Source: Acidobacteriota bacterium (GTDB taxonomy: Bacteria; Acidobacteriota; Blastocatellia; Pyrinomonadales; Pyrinomonadaceae). From it: DNA of 64,000 bases. Of this stretch, positions 36,502 to 46,253 are shown in pieces. The position numbers and the translations under genes were made by a program. Positions within the stretch are counted from its first letter, which is position 1. Each line of letters starts with the position of its first letter. The stretch spans positions 20,281-84,280 of the forward strand of contig JAHBSH010000001.1 of NCBI GenBank assembly GCA_019639215.1, given 5' to 3'. A model generated the notes under the pieces. The model was not told the DNA's origin, did not search any database, and saw nothing but the letters and a program-made list of their open reading frames with translations.

Positions 36502-36798
36502 ATGTACGGTTTGATAGGAAAGGCACTGGCACAGCCCGGTAAACGCGATGAGCTGATCCAGATACTTCTTGAAGGAACGGACAAAATGCCCGGATGCCTG
36601 AGCTACGTCGTTGCTAAAGACCCAAAGGACGATAACGCGATCTGGATAAGTGAAGTCTGGGACAGCAAGGAAAGTCACGCGGCATCGCTAAAACTGCCTT
36701 CCGTTCAGGCGGCCATTACCAAAGGAAAACCACTTATTACCGGATTTGGAGAACGGTTCGAGACAGAACCAATAGGTGGACACGGACTGGCTGGATAA
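36502..36798 (+). CDS. antibiotic-biosynthesis-monooxygenase (ABM/dimeric alpha-beta barrel) domain protein
   Basis: ORF open from 36313. ATG 36502 has a good SD (GGGAG 36489-36493). MYGLIGKALAQPGKRDELIQILLEG...NAIWISEVWDSKESHAASL is ABM-like. An alternative ATG at 36406 would add a Tat-like RREF leader. Confidence 0.6.
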   Translation: MYGLIGKALAQPGKRDELIQILLEGTDKMPGCLSYVVAKDPKDDNAIWISEVWDSKESHAASLKLPSVQAAITKGKPLITGFGERFETEPIGGHGLAG

Positions 36799-36846
36799 AC
36801 CCGCACAATTTTAAGTTCAGGCTTTGTCAGACTATAATTTTCCGCT

Positions 36847-37485
36847 ATGGCCGCGTTTACACTTCAGGCAGAAAAGACCGCATTCAGCATAGGCTTTGAT
36901 TTTGAGCGATTTGCCGCTGACGAAGGCTATATGATGATAGCCGGCGTTGACGAGGTCGGCCGCGGATGTCTGGCCGGGCCGGTCGTGGCTGCGGCCTGCA
37001 TTCTCGATCTTAGCAAGCACCCTCCGAAAGGCCTGAACGATTCTAAAAAACTTACTGCTAAACGGCGTGCTGAGATAGCCGCTGAATTAAAGGAAACCGC
37101 TGTTGCTTATGCCATCGGCCAGGTCGAGGCCGATGAGATAGACCGCATAAATATCCTTGAGGCAACGCGAAAAGCAATGGCCGGAGCAATATCCGCTCTT
37201 GAACCGGCGGCCGATTTTCTTTTGATAGATGCCGTCAACTTAAAACAGGTGATATTACCGCAAAGATCACTTATCAAAGGAGATGCTGTTTCTTTTTCGA
37301 TCGCAGCGGCCTCCGTTTTAGCTAAAACCTATCGTGATGATCTGATGGTTCGTTTTGCTGATGAATATCCGCAATATGGTTTTGACGGGCATAAAGGTTA
37401 CGGATCGGCCTTTCATTTTGCGGCTCTCCGCTCTTATGGCCCGTGTCCGCTGCATCGAACATCTTTTCGCGGCGTCCTTTCATAA
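36847..37485 (+). CDS. rnhB: ribonuclease HII
   Basis: IAGVDEVGRGCLAGPVVAAACIL, LNDSKKLT, GFDGHKGYGS: RNase HII motifs. Confidence 0.92.
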   Translation: MAAFTLQAEKTAFSIGFDFERFAADEGYMMIAGVDEVGRGCLAGPVVAAACILDLSKHPPKGLNDSKKLTAKRRAEIAAELKETAVAYAIGQVEADEIDRINILEATRKAMAGAISALEPAADFLLIDAVNLKQVILPQRSLIKGDAVSFSIAAASVLAKTYRDDLMVRFADEYPQYGFDGHKGYGSAFHFAALRSYGPCPLHRTSFRGVLS

Positions 37486-37540
37486 TTTTTCCATTCCTAT
37501 CGCTTTTTGATAGATTTATTGCATCTAACCGTTTGGAAAG

Positions 37541-38632
37541 ATGCAGATGCTCGGGCTTTTAAGAAAACAATTTACTTTCGCCCATGTATCGGGAATACCG
37601 ATACGCGGAGATGCCAGCTGGCTGGTCGTCATTGGCATCATGACGGCGCTTATTGCAGCCAGCATTGGGGTGGAAGACACCGCAACCGGCCTGTTTTTGG
37701 GTTTTGCCGCTACGATTGTGTTCTTTCTGTCTATATTCATCCATGAATACGCCCACGCTGTTGTCGCCAGACGTGAACGGCTTGAAGTATTGGAAATAGT
37801 ACTACACCCTTTTGGAGGGCTGACACGTTTTCTGCATCCGCCGGAAACGCCAAGAGCCGAATTTTTGATAGCAATTGCTGGTCCGGCCGCGAGCTTTGTC
37901 CTATCTATACTGTTCGTTTTGATGGCGGCGGCGGTAAATACAACTCAGGCCGACATTTTGGCCACTTTGCTTTACACACTTGCGATCGGTAATTTTTTCA
38001 TCGCTTTTTTCAATATGCTGCCCGGTTATCCGCTGGATGGCGGCCGCGTACTTCGTGCATATCTCTGGAACAACGGACGCGATCTGGAGGACGCGACACT
38101 GCTGACAGGCCGCAGCGGTCAGGCCATAGCCATCATTCTTATTGTTTTCGGGCTTTATTTTGCTTTGGTCAGAGGTGATATATTTACAGGCTTTTGGGCA
38201 GCATTGGTCGGTGTTTTTCTATTTGATTCTGCAAGACAGATCATCAGGGATGTAACAGAGCTAGAAGATCTGACGGTGGAAAATTCGATAGTCCTTGCCA
38301 TACCTGTAGAACCCGATATTACGATCAGCAAGGTCGTTGATGACGTTCTGCCGATGTATCGCCAGCATGTTTTTCCTGTAGCAATCGAACGCAGGGTGCA
38401 GGGTCTGTTGACCCTAGCGGACATCAAACCTGTTTCGAGAGAAAAATGGCATTCATTAAAGGCAGTTGATGTAATGAGGCCGATAAACTCTGATCTGTTC
38501 GTGGAAATGAACGCCTCAATCGCCGGTGCACGCGAATTGTGCCGACAGAACGGTGTTGGTTCGGTAGCGGTCCTAAACAGTGAGGGGCTGCTGGTCGGAA
38601 TGTTTCACGGTGGAGGATCAAAATCCCGATAA
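37541..38632 (+). CDS. site-2 protease family (M50) zinc metalloprotease with C-terminal CBS pair
   Basis: 363 aa. HEYAHAVVA (HExxH) lies in a TM segment, followed by NMLPGYPLDGGRVLRA. The C-terminal ~120 aa are CBS-like. Confidence 0.85.
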   Translation: MQMLGLLRKQFTFAHVSGIPIRGDASWLVVIGIMTALIAASIGVEDTATGLFLGFAATIVFFLSIFIHEYAHAVVARRERLEVLEIVLHPFGGLTRFLHPPETPRAEFLIAIAGPAASFVLSILFVLMAAAVNTTQADILATLLYTLAIGNFFIAFFNMLPGYPLDGGRVLRAYLWNNGRDLEDATLLTGRSGQAIAIILIVFGLYFALVRGDIFTGFWAALVGVFLFDSARQIIRDVTELEDLTVENSIVLAIPVEPDITISKVVDDVLPMYRQHVFPVAIERRVQGLLTLADIKPVSREKWHSLKAVDVMRPINSDLFVEMNASIAGARELCRQNGVGSVAVLNSEGLLVGMFHGGGSKSR

Positions 38633-38767
38633 ACGCAAATGATCTGTGATATTCTAGAAAGCGCTGGCGTCTAGGTGCGTTGGCATTTCCGCAAGCTGTG
38701 TGCATCGCCTTTCGAAAGCATGCAGTACAAAGTGCAACGATCAGAGAAGTGATATTTGTAACCAATA

Positions 38768-39604
38768 ATGGAACTCAATGACCTCATACCAACATGGAAC
38801 ACGCTGCGAAATCTACTTGATATCGCGTTCGTGTACGGTATAGTTTATGTGGTTCTGAAACTCCTTCGCGGCACGCGAGCTGTCCCGACAATCGTAGGAA
38901 TTGTTATTCTTGCCCTGTTGTATTGGGTGTCGCTTGCGTATGACCTCGCCACCCTGGAATTTGTTCTGCGATGGGCGGTTGTCCTGCTTCCGTTTGCGAT
39001 CATCGTTCTGTTTGCGTCAGAAATAAGACAGGCGTTGATATATTTTGCCAGCCGTCTTCGATTCCCTATTCTAAGAAAACAACGCGGACAATTTGGCGGC
39101 AGTATCTATGATGAGATCGTTCTGGCCGTTACGACACTTGCAACAGAAAAAATAGGCGCTCTTATAGTCATAGAAAGAAATGTCGGATTAAGGAATTTTA
39201 TCGACACCGGTGTCCAGCTTGATGCGGCGGTCAGCTACGACCTTTTGGTAACAATATTCAACCCGACGACACCGCTTCATGATGGCGCAGTTATCGTAAA
39301 GGAAGAACGTATAGCAGCTGCATCGGTTTTTTTACCGCTGACCAAAAATCCAGAGATATCACGTGACCTTGGAACGCGACACCGGGCCGCGATCGGTATC
39401 ACCGAAGGAACGGACGCAATATCCATCGTCGTTTCGGAAGAAACAGGAAGCGTTACATGGGTAGAAGGAAAGACTTTAAAACGGAACGTTGACACAACAA
39501 TTCTTCGTAAACTCCTACTCGAGACAATGGAGATCCCGCAGGTCGGCGTCAAACGGGAAAGTTCAGCTATGAAAGAGGCGGAATCAGAAATGTCCGCCGG
39601 ATGA
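38768..39604 (+). CDS. cdaA: diadenylate cyclase CdaA (DisA_N/DAC domain, membrane-anchored)
   Basis: 278 aa with 3 N-terminal TM helices. GALIVIERNVGL, PLHDGAVIV and GTRHRAAIGITEGTDAISIVVSEETGSV are DAC-domain motifs. Confidence 0.92.
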   Translation: MELNDLIPTWNTLRNLLDIAFVYGIVYVVLKLLRGTRAVPTIVGIVILALLYWVSLAYDLATLEFVLRWAVVLLPFAIIVLFASEIRQALIYFASRLRFPILRKQRGQFGGSIYDEIVLAVTTLATEKIGALIVIERNVGLRNFIDTGVQLDAAVSYDLLVTIFNPTTPLHDGAVIVKEERIAAASVFLPLTKNPEISRDLGTRHRAAIGITEGTDAISIVVSEETGSVTWVEGKTLKRNVDTTILRKLLLETMEIPQVGVKRESSAMKEAESEMSAG

Positions 39605-39635
39605 CAGGTTTATCTGCCGAGCGGAAAACATCACT

Positions 39636-40565
39636 ATGGACAGCAGCACCCCATTTAGAGAAAGGTACGGGCCAAGAATGCTTTTTGTAAAGCATGTGGC
39701 TACCAAGATCTTTTTGGAAGACTGGCTATTGAAACTGCTTGCTCTGGTGATAACACTTGCATTGTGGTTCGGTGTCACGGGTTTGAGCACGCCGACCACT
39801 ACAAGGCTGACCGGCGTTCCGCTCACGCTTCGTTTTGCCAGCAATACCGAGGTGACCAACTCTCCCGTTAACGAGGTTGACATCATCATCTCAGGCGACA
39901 AGCGACGCATCAATCAGATAAACAAAAATGATCTGATAATCTCTGTAGATTTGACCGACGTACAAGCAGGCGACCGGGTTGTTCAGCTAACCCCGGAGAA
40001 TATCACTCTTGACCTTCCGACCGGCGTTAAATTGGATGAGATACAACCTAACCGTATTGCGATAAGGCTGGAACCCGTCGACGTTATCGAAGTGGCGGTT
40101 AGAGCGGAAACAGAAGGTACACCGCCTGAGGGTTATGAGATATATTCCCAAACCATAACACCCGCAAGGGTAAGTATTAGAGGTCCGGCCGGTTTTCTAA
40201 AGTCACTGTCCGTTATTTCGACAGAAAAAATAGACCTTTCGGACAAGACCTCTGATTTCGTTGCACGGCAACTGCCGCTCAACCTTGAAAATCCCAAAGC
40301 ATCGCCGCTGGAAGCCTCAGTTGATGTTTCATTCAGAATAGGCGAAAGACGGGTCGAGCGGCTATTTCTGGTTCAAATCGGCGACGACCCGACCAGGAAG
40401 GCTACGGTCGTGCTTTTTGGGCCTCGTTCACTACTTTTAGAATCTCACGCTTCCGATCTAATGGTCGCCATTGAACCTAACGCCGGTGGTGAGCAAGTGC
40501 CAAGACTTATACTTCCAGAGCAATTGGAAGGAAAGGTGGAGATCAGAAAATTATCTATTCCATAA
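39636..40565 (+). CDS. YbbR-domain protein (CdaR-like regulator of CdaA)
   Basis: 309 aa with an N-terminal TM anchor. Has repeated beta-rich YbbR-like units (V.V...G.P.GY....I.P..V.I.GP) and sits immediately downstream of cdaA, as in other cdaA operons. Confidence 0.8.
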   Translation: MDSSTPFRERYGPRMLFVKHVATKIFLEDWLLKLLALVITLALWFGVTGLSTPTTTRLTGVPLTLRFASNTEVTNSPVNEVDIIISGDKRRINQINKNDLIISVDLTDVQAGDRVVQLTPENITLDLPTGVKLDEIQPNRIAIRLEPVDVIEVAVRAETEGTPPEGYEIYSQTITPARVSIRGPAGFLKSLSVISTEKIDLSDKTSDFVARQLPLNLENPKASPLEASVDVSFRIGERRVERLFLVQIGDDPTRKATVVLFGPRSLLLESHASDLMVAIEPNAGGEQVPRLILPEQLEGKVEIRKLSIP

Positions 40566-40610
40566 GATGTCTCTGATCTCTCCTCATATTCTGAACGTCA
40601 ATTGAACCCC

Positions 40611-41273
40611 CTAACCCAAAAATTCTTTAATATCAACGCGCATTTCATCAGTTATCTCATGCCCGGCATTGTATTGTTTTGCCGTTAGGTGCGGGAGCAT
40701 CGAACGGAGCTTTTGTTCGTTGCTATGAAACTTTTCGTTACTGTAGAATTCGTCGTCATCGCCATAGATATAAAGTGTTTCGGCGGCAAAAGGTTTATAT
40801 TTTGAGTTTTCGTCGAGGTCGCCGGGAATGCCGCCGCAGACGGCGATTAGGCTTTTCAGAACATCGGGATAAGTGAACGCAAAACGAAAATTGAGAGCGC
40901 AAGCTTGAGAAAATCCGTAGAGAGAAATATTGCCAGGATCTATCACGTTCTCATGTTTTAGTTTCTCGATCAGCTTGAGCAGGAAAGTCTGATGCAGCTC
41001 GACCGATTCGTCAGGTCTGAAATCGGTCAGCCATCCAAACCCTACGCGATATCCGTCATCTGTTTTACGAAAGTGCTGATAGGGCGCCTGTATTGATGCG
41101 ATCACATAGTGTTCTGGAGCAATTGCGCGGGCTTCCCGCATCATATAGCGTTTATGTGCTCCGTAACCATGAACAGAGATCAGCAAAGGTGACGGTCCTG
41201 CACGATCTTCAGGAATGAAGAGGTCGTAATAAAGAGAGATATCGGTACGTAGTGAAAGGTCTGTTTCGAGCAT
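40611..41273 (-). CDS. alpha/beta-hydrolase, phospholipase/carboxylesterase-type esterase
   Basis: 220 aa. Nucleophile elbow GFSQA (LYGFSQACA), plus late DDDEFY and GHEI motifs consistent with a Ser-Asp-His triad. Confidence 0.7.
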   Translation of the reverse strand: MLETDLSLRTDISLYYDLFIPEDRAGPSPLLISVHGYGAHKRYMMREARAIAPEHYVIASIQAPYQHFRKTDDGYRVGFGWLTDFRPDESVELHQTFLLKLIEKLKHENVIDPGNISLYGFSQACALNFRFAFTYPDVLKSLIAVCGGIPGDLDENSKYKPFAAETLYIYGDDDEFYSNEKFHSNEQKLRSMLPHLTAKQYNAGHEITDEMRVDIKEFLG

Positions 41274-41415
41274 TGTTCTTAAATTATATCGCGTTCAGGC
41301 CAGAAAACTTATGTCCACTCGCTCATGGGTATTTGTAAATCTGTTGCTCAACTCTCTGTGCTAAACTTGAACTTTCGTTGATATCTTACCGTAGTTATAT
41401 CTTTAACGCCTTTTT

Positions 41416-43824
41416 ATGGAGACATTTATGAAGCTCAGTTCACTACGCAGATGGTCTGCTCTTTTTCTTTTTATATGCATTTTGTCCGGTGCTGCTCCGT
41501 ACGGAGCCTTAGCTCAGTCGTCGGCTCCGTTTGCTGCGCCATACGCTGTTCCTTTGGCAAGAATAGAGCAAAAGGTTGAGGAACGCAGGAAAGAACTGGG
41601 TATTCCGGGAATGTCTCTGGCCATAGTTAAGGATGATCAGGTCATTTACTCAAAAGGATTGGGTTACAAGGATTTCGAGAAAAAAGAGGCTGCAACCGCT
41701 GATACACAATTCGCGATCGGCTCGTCCACCAAGGCGTTCACCGCCTTGTCAGTTCTGATGTCAGCTGACGAGGGAAAGTTCTCATTGGACGATTCGCCGC
41801 GAAAAGTTTTGCCGTATTTCAAGATGCGTGACGCAGATACTGATAAGAATATGACCATCCGCGACCTTTTGACGCACTCATCGGGATTGAACAGAACTGA
41901 CCTTGCTATGATCACGGGCAAGCTCAACCGCGAGGAGCTGATTCGGGTAGCAGGCGAGGCAAAACCTGTTGCAAAGCTGAGGGAGAAATTCGGTTATCAG
42001 AATCTTATGTACGCTACTGCCGGCGAGGTCGTGGCGGTTTCTCAAAAACAGTCTTGGGAGGCATTTATACCGGCGCGCATCTTCAAACCGCTTGGGATGA
42101 CAAATTCCACAATGTCAATGAAGGAGATGGCAAAGGTAAAAGATCGTTCGAACGGTTACAACTATAATTTTGATACAAAAGAGACTATACAGCTGCCCTA
42201 TCGCGACCTTGATGAGGTAGCTCCGGCCGGTTCAATAAATTCCAGCTCTAATGATATGGCAAAATGGCTCCGTTTTATCATTAACGGTGGTGTAGTCGAT
42301 GGAAAGCGTCTGGTTTCGGAAAAGGGCTTTGAAGAGTGGTTCAAGCCACAAATGAAGGTCGATCCGTCCGGCTCGGTAAATTATGCGCTTGGATGGTTCG
42401 TTCAGAAATGGAACGGAATGACCGTTGTTCAGCATGGAGGCAATATAGACGGCTTTAATGCTCTCGTTGCGCTGATCCCGGAGAAAAAGATCGGATTTGT
42501 AATGCTGACAAACGTAACTGCATCTCCGCTCGGTAGCGAGCTGATGCCTATAGTATGGGAAAACATCCTTGGAGATCCGCAACCGGCATCACCTGTAAGT
42601 GATGCCGCAAAAGAGGCTGGTAAATATCGCTTCGCACAGGCCGGTTTTGATATCGATGTAGAATTCAAGGACGGCAAACTGACCGCTCATGTTCCCGGTC
42701 AGCCTTCCTACCCGCTGGAACCGGTCGGCGGCCGCAAATATCGCATGTCAGGCGCACCTGACGGCTTTTTTATTACATTTAAGGAAGATGAGCTTTACCT
42801 TGAACAGCCTCATGGAAACTTTACTTTGCCAAAGGTCGGAACTGATAAAGCCAAGGAAGCGGGCTCTCCAACAGAAGCGAAAGAACTGGTTGGTAAGTGG
42901 GAATCAGTAACAAGCGGCCTCGAAGTAGAGATAAAGGAAGCCGGAGACAAGGTGACGCTTAATATCGAAGGACAGCAACCTTATACACTTACTACACGAG
43001 AAAAGGACGCATTCAATATGAGTCCGTTACCGGACACTTTCTGGATCAAAGTAAAGCGTGGAGATGACGGCAAATTAACCGGATTTACATCAATGCAACC
43101 CCAGGGCAATGTGGAGTTCAAACCGGCCGGGCCGCCGACCGTCTCTATCACGGCAGATGAACTTTACCAAAAGGTTATTGCCGCAAGTGGCGGCGAGGCA
43201 AATTGGAGGAAATTAAATTCCCGCTTGACGGAGGCAACGATCGCACTGGAAAATCAGGGCGTCACTGCCACAGCGAAAACATGGGCGAAAGCACCGAACT
43301 TTTCCGCAACTGAAACCAAGATGTTTGCTATCGGAAAAGAGATCGCAACAGGATGGGATTATTTTGACGGAACCAATGCGGAACAGGCATACAGCTTTGC
43401 ACCAGTAGAAAAACTTAGCGGTAAAAGACTTGAAGACACAAAACTAGTTTCAGATTTTCACTCTATGCTTGACTGGAAAGCCAAGTATAAGAACGTTACC
43501 GTAAAACGCTCAGCTAAGGTCGGAGACGAGGAAGCCTATGTAGTCGAGTTTGAACCGGAAAATGGTACAAAATTCACGGAATTCTATTCGACGAAAACAT
43601 TTCTGCTCTTAAAACGCCAAGGTATCATTACCTCAAGCACCAGCAGTGTTTCTATTCCTTATACTGTTCTCTATGAAGATTATCGTGACATCGACGGTGT
43701 GAAGATGCCATTCAGGCAGATCAACTCATCACCTAGTAATGGCGAGATCATCACAACGATTACCAAGATAACGCACAACGTCAAGATAGATGACAAACTG
43801 TTCGCACCGAGAAAGGTCAATTGA
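41416..43824 (+). CDS. secreted serine hydrolase (beta-lactamase family) with ~400-aa C-terminal extension
   Basis: 802 aa. Signal peptide; SxxK in FAIGSSTKAFTAL; YQN-like and HGG (VVQHGGNIDGF) motifs. I did not recognise the C-terminal half. Alternative start ATG 41428. Confidence 0.8.
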   Translation: METFMKLSSLRRWSALFLFICILSGAAPYGALAQSSAPFAAPYAVPLARIEQKVEERRKELGIPGMSLAIVKDDQVIYSKGLGYKDFEKKEAATADTQFAIGSSTKAFTALSVLMSADEGKFSLDDSPRKVLPYFKMRDADTDKNMTIRDLLTHSSGLNRTDLAMITGKLNREELIRVAGEAKPVAKLREKFGYQNLMYATAGEVVAVSQKQSWEAFIPARIFKPLGMTNSTMSMKEMAKVKDRSNGYNYNFDTKETIQLPYRDLDEVAPAGSINSSSNDMAKWLRFIINGGVVDGKRLVSEKGFEEWFKPQMKVDPSGSVNYALGWFVQKWNGMTVVQHGGNIDGFNALVALIPEKKIGFVMLTNVTASPLGSELMPIVWENILGDPQPASPVSDAAKEAGKYRFAQAGFDIDVEFKDGKLTAHVPGQPSYPLEPVGGRKYRMSGAPDGFFITFKEDELYLEQPHGNFTLPKVGTDKAKEAGSPTEAKELVGKWESVTSGLEVEIKEAGDKVTLNIEGQQPYTLTTREKDAFNMSPLPDTFWIKVKRGDDGKLTGFTSMQPQGNVEFKPAGPPTVSITADELYQKVIAASGGEANWRKLNSRLTEATIALENQGVTATAKTWAKAPNFSATETKMFAIGKEIATGWDYFDGTNAEQAYSFAPVEKLSGKRLEDTKLVSDFHSMLDWKAKYKNVTVKRSAKVGDEEAYVVEFEPENGTKFTEFYSTKTFLLLKRQGIITSSTSSVSIPYTVLYEDYRDIDGVKMPFRQINSSPSNGEIITTITKITHNVKIDDKLFAPRKVN

Positions 43825-43829
43825 ATCTA

Positions 43830-44729
43830 CTAAAGCTGCTCTGCTTGTGCCAAACCTGCAGAAGCCATTAAATTTGGTGTGAAAGAGGGCTCGCTGTGGT
43901 CAAAGACCGCGTCGAGCTCTTTTTCAACACTGCCGTGACCCGCAGGTATCTTCTTCACTAGTGGTTCAAAGTTCTGAAAATCGTAAAGTTCAGCATCCAG
44001 AAGATGTGATCCGGTTACATTCGTCATCGCCGTAAGAATAGATGAGCGCAGATACGGTATCTCTTTGGCAAGCTCTGTAACGAGAGCCTTTACACGAGCG
44101 CGTTTTAGATTCGGCTGTGAACCGCAGAGATTGCAAGGGATGATCGGGAACTTTTTCTCTTCTGCATAAGCCGCAATGTCTGCTTCATGACAATAGGCAA
44201 GCGGCCTGATAATAGTATTTCGACCGTCATCACTGCGAAGTTTCGGCGGCATTGCCTTTAGCTGGCCGACGTAAAAAAGATTAAGCAGGAAAGTGTTGAT
44301 GATGTCATCGCCGTGGTGTCCAAGGGCGATCTTTGTACAACCTTCTTCAACTGCCGTCGTGTACAAAATGCCGCGCCGAAGCCTTGAACACAACGAGCAG
44401 AACGTTTTACCCTCCGGCACATGTTCCTTGACTATAGAATAGGTATCTTCTTCAACTATCCTGTAGTTGACCCCTAGGCTCTCCAGGTACTCAGGTAGGA
44501 TATGCTCCGGAAATCCAGGTTGCTTTTGATCAAGATTAACGGCCAAGATATCAAACTTAACAGGAGCCCGACGCCGGACATCCAACAGCAGATCAAGCAA
44601 CGTGTAGCTGTCCTTTCCACCCGAAAGACAGACCATTACCTTGTCGCCCTCGTTGATCATTCCGAAGTCGCCTATGGCCTGACCCATTTTCTTTAGCAGC
44701 CGTGTTTTTGTCTTGGTCTCAATAAACAA
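43830..44729 (-). CDS. ttcA: tRNA 2-thiocytidine(32) synthetase
   Basis: 299 aa. [28 protein letters not shown] (PP-loop) parallels E. coli TtcA. Fe-S cysteines in [10 protein letters not shown] and CNLCGSQ. TTG start. Confidence 0.9.
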   Translation of the reverse strand: MFIETKTKTRLLKKMGQAIGDFGMINEGDKVMVCLSGGKDSYTLLDLLLDVRRRAPVKFDILAVNLDQKQPGFPEHILPEYLESLGVNYRIVEEDTYSIVKEHVPEGKTFCSLCSRLRRGILYTTAVEEGCTKIALGHHGDDIINTFLLNLFYVGQLKAMPPKLRSDDGRNTIIRPLAYCHEADIAAYAEEKKFPIIPCNLCGSQPNLKRARVKALVTELAKEIPYLRSSILTAMTNVTGSHLLDAELYDFQNFEPLVKKIPAGHGSVEKELDAVFDHSEPSFTPNLMASAGLAQAEQL

Positions 44730-45025
44730 TTATTTCGTAAACTCCCGAAACTAATGATTTTCCCACGAAAGGAGTGAAATAACAACCAAAATACGATACG
44801 TGGACACCCAAACCCGTACCGCGGGAATATTTTGACCATTTAATGGCAACGTCTTAAAATATTTACTAGCCAACAGACGTATGTTTCAACTATTATAGAA
44901 AAGCGGATATTCATAATCGCGGCCAACGGCAGTTTTACTATCCGCAAGTCATTTTTCTACATATTTATAGATCGTCTGGTCCGATGAGGACGACCACAAC
45001 CTACTAGGTAAAATACGGAGGCAAC

Positions 45026-45688
45026 ATGATCAGAATGGGCAAGGGTTCAAAACCCGAAGAAGCAACTGAAAGCACTTATCCGACAGCAAATGCCGGATAC
45101 CAATATGGAAGCGAAAATCCGAATACGGTTTCGGCCCCGACGACGGACAGCGAGAACATCGCAAGAGACATAAAAGAAGGCAAGCTCAGCGGCTTTGTCG
45201 GACACGGCACGTCATTGACCGGTGACACGACCTTTCAGATGATGCTTCGCCTTGACGGCCACCTGACCGGAACGATTTCTTCAGATGGCGGCACGCTGAT
45301 CGTCGGCAACAACGGACAGGCGGACGCGAATATATCGGTCGCAGTCGCAAACATAAACGGTTCGGTAAACGGAGACATTTTTGCCACGGACAAGATCCAT
45401 CTTGGCCGCACCGCAAAAGTGGTGGGAAATATTACAACGCCAAAGCTCGTGATCGAGGACGGTGCTCTATTTGAAGGAAGCTGTTCGATGATCAAGGCAC
45501 GTGAACAGGTGGATAAACCTGCCGCGGCCGCACCGTCCCAAAGTTCTTCGTCGTACCAGAAGAGTTCCTATTCAGGCACTTCTTCGACGTCGGCTTCGAC
45601 CTCTTCGACAACATCTTCTGCTTCAGGTTCTGACAGCAAATCAGACACCACCGATGCAGAGAAAAAAGCGGACGCAGCAAAATCGTAA
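45026..45688 (+). CDS. bactofilin-family cytoskeletal protein with Ser-rich C-terminal tail
   Basis: 220 aa. Central beta-helix repeats (G.L.G.I......L.V...G...G.I....I.I.G.V.G.I....V.I...A...G) typical of DUF583/bactofilin. The tail is SSSSYQKSSYSGTSSTSASTSSTTSSASGSDS. Confidence 0.8.
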   Translation: MIRMGKGSKPEEATESTYPTANAGYQYGSENPNTVSAPTTDSENIARDIKEGKLSGFVGHGTSLTGDTTFQMMLRLDGHLTGTISSDGGTLIVGNNGQADANISVAVANINGSVNGDIFATDKIHLGRTAKVVGNITTPKLVIEDGALFEGSCSMIKAREQVDKPAAAAPSQSSSSYQKSSYSGTSSTSASTSSTTSSASGSDSKSDTTDAEKKADAAKS

Positions 45689-45710
45689 GACAACATTACA
45701 CTCTTCAATA

Positions 45711-45741
45711 AAAAGGCGGCTTTCGAGCCGTCTTTTTGTTT
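45711..45741 (+). terminator. rho-independent terminator after the bactofilin gene
   Basis: AAAAGGCGGCT-TTCG-AGCCGTCTTTTTGTTTTG: 7-bp stem (one G-U pair), tetraloop, T-tract. Confidence 0.72.
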
Positions 45742-45830
45742 TGAACTGTTAACTATTGAAACATTTATATGGTAAAAGAAGGATATACAATGCTAATCTT
45801 TATTCATTCACGTGTTTAGGAGGATCTGTT

Positions 45831-46253
45831 ATGATTAGCGATTTTAAGAAATTCATCGCACGCGGAAACGTGCTTGACCTTGCCATTGCGGTTATTATGG
45901 GTGCGGCTTTCGGTAAAATAATCTCAACTTTTACTGAGGGTATTATCATGCCTTTTGTAGGGTTAATTACAGGCGGCGTTGATTTTAAGACAAAATTTTA
46001 TGACCTTAGTGGAAAGCTCCAACCTGGGGCAACCGCCGAACAGATAGAAGCTGCCGTTAAGGAAGGTGCTCCTCTGGTTCTCTACGGACAACTTATAAGC
46101 GATGTCATAACATTTTTGATCGTTGCTTTTGTAATGTTCTTGCTTGCTAAATATGCCGTCTCGCTCTTTAAGGGACTCGAGGCAGAAGCAGAACCGACGC
46201 CGCAAGAAGCATTGCTTACCGAGATCAGAGATATTCTCAAAGCAAAAGGTTAG
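45831..46253 (+). CDS. mscL: large-conductance mechanosensitive channel
   Basis: ORF track starts at 45756. ATG 45831 is preceded by AGGAGG (45818-45823) and gives the canonical MISDFKKFIARGNVLDLAIAVIMGAAFGKII N-terminus. Confidence 0.92.
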   Translation: MISDFKKFIARGNVLDLAIAVIMGAAFGKIISTFTEGIIMPFVGLITGGVDFKTKFYDLSGKLQPGATAEQIEAAVKEGAPLVLYGQLISDVITFLIVAFVMFLLAKYAVSLFKGLEAEAEPTPQEALLTEIRDILKAKG

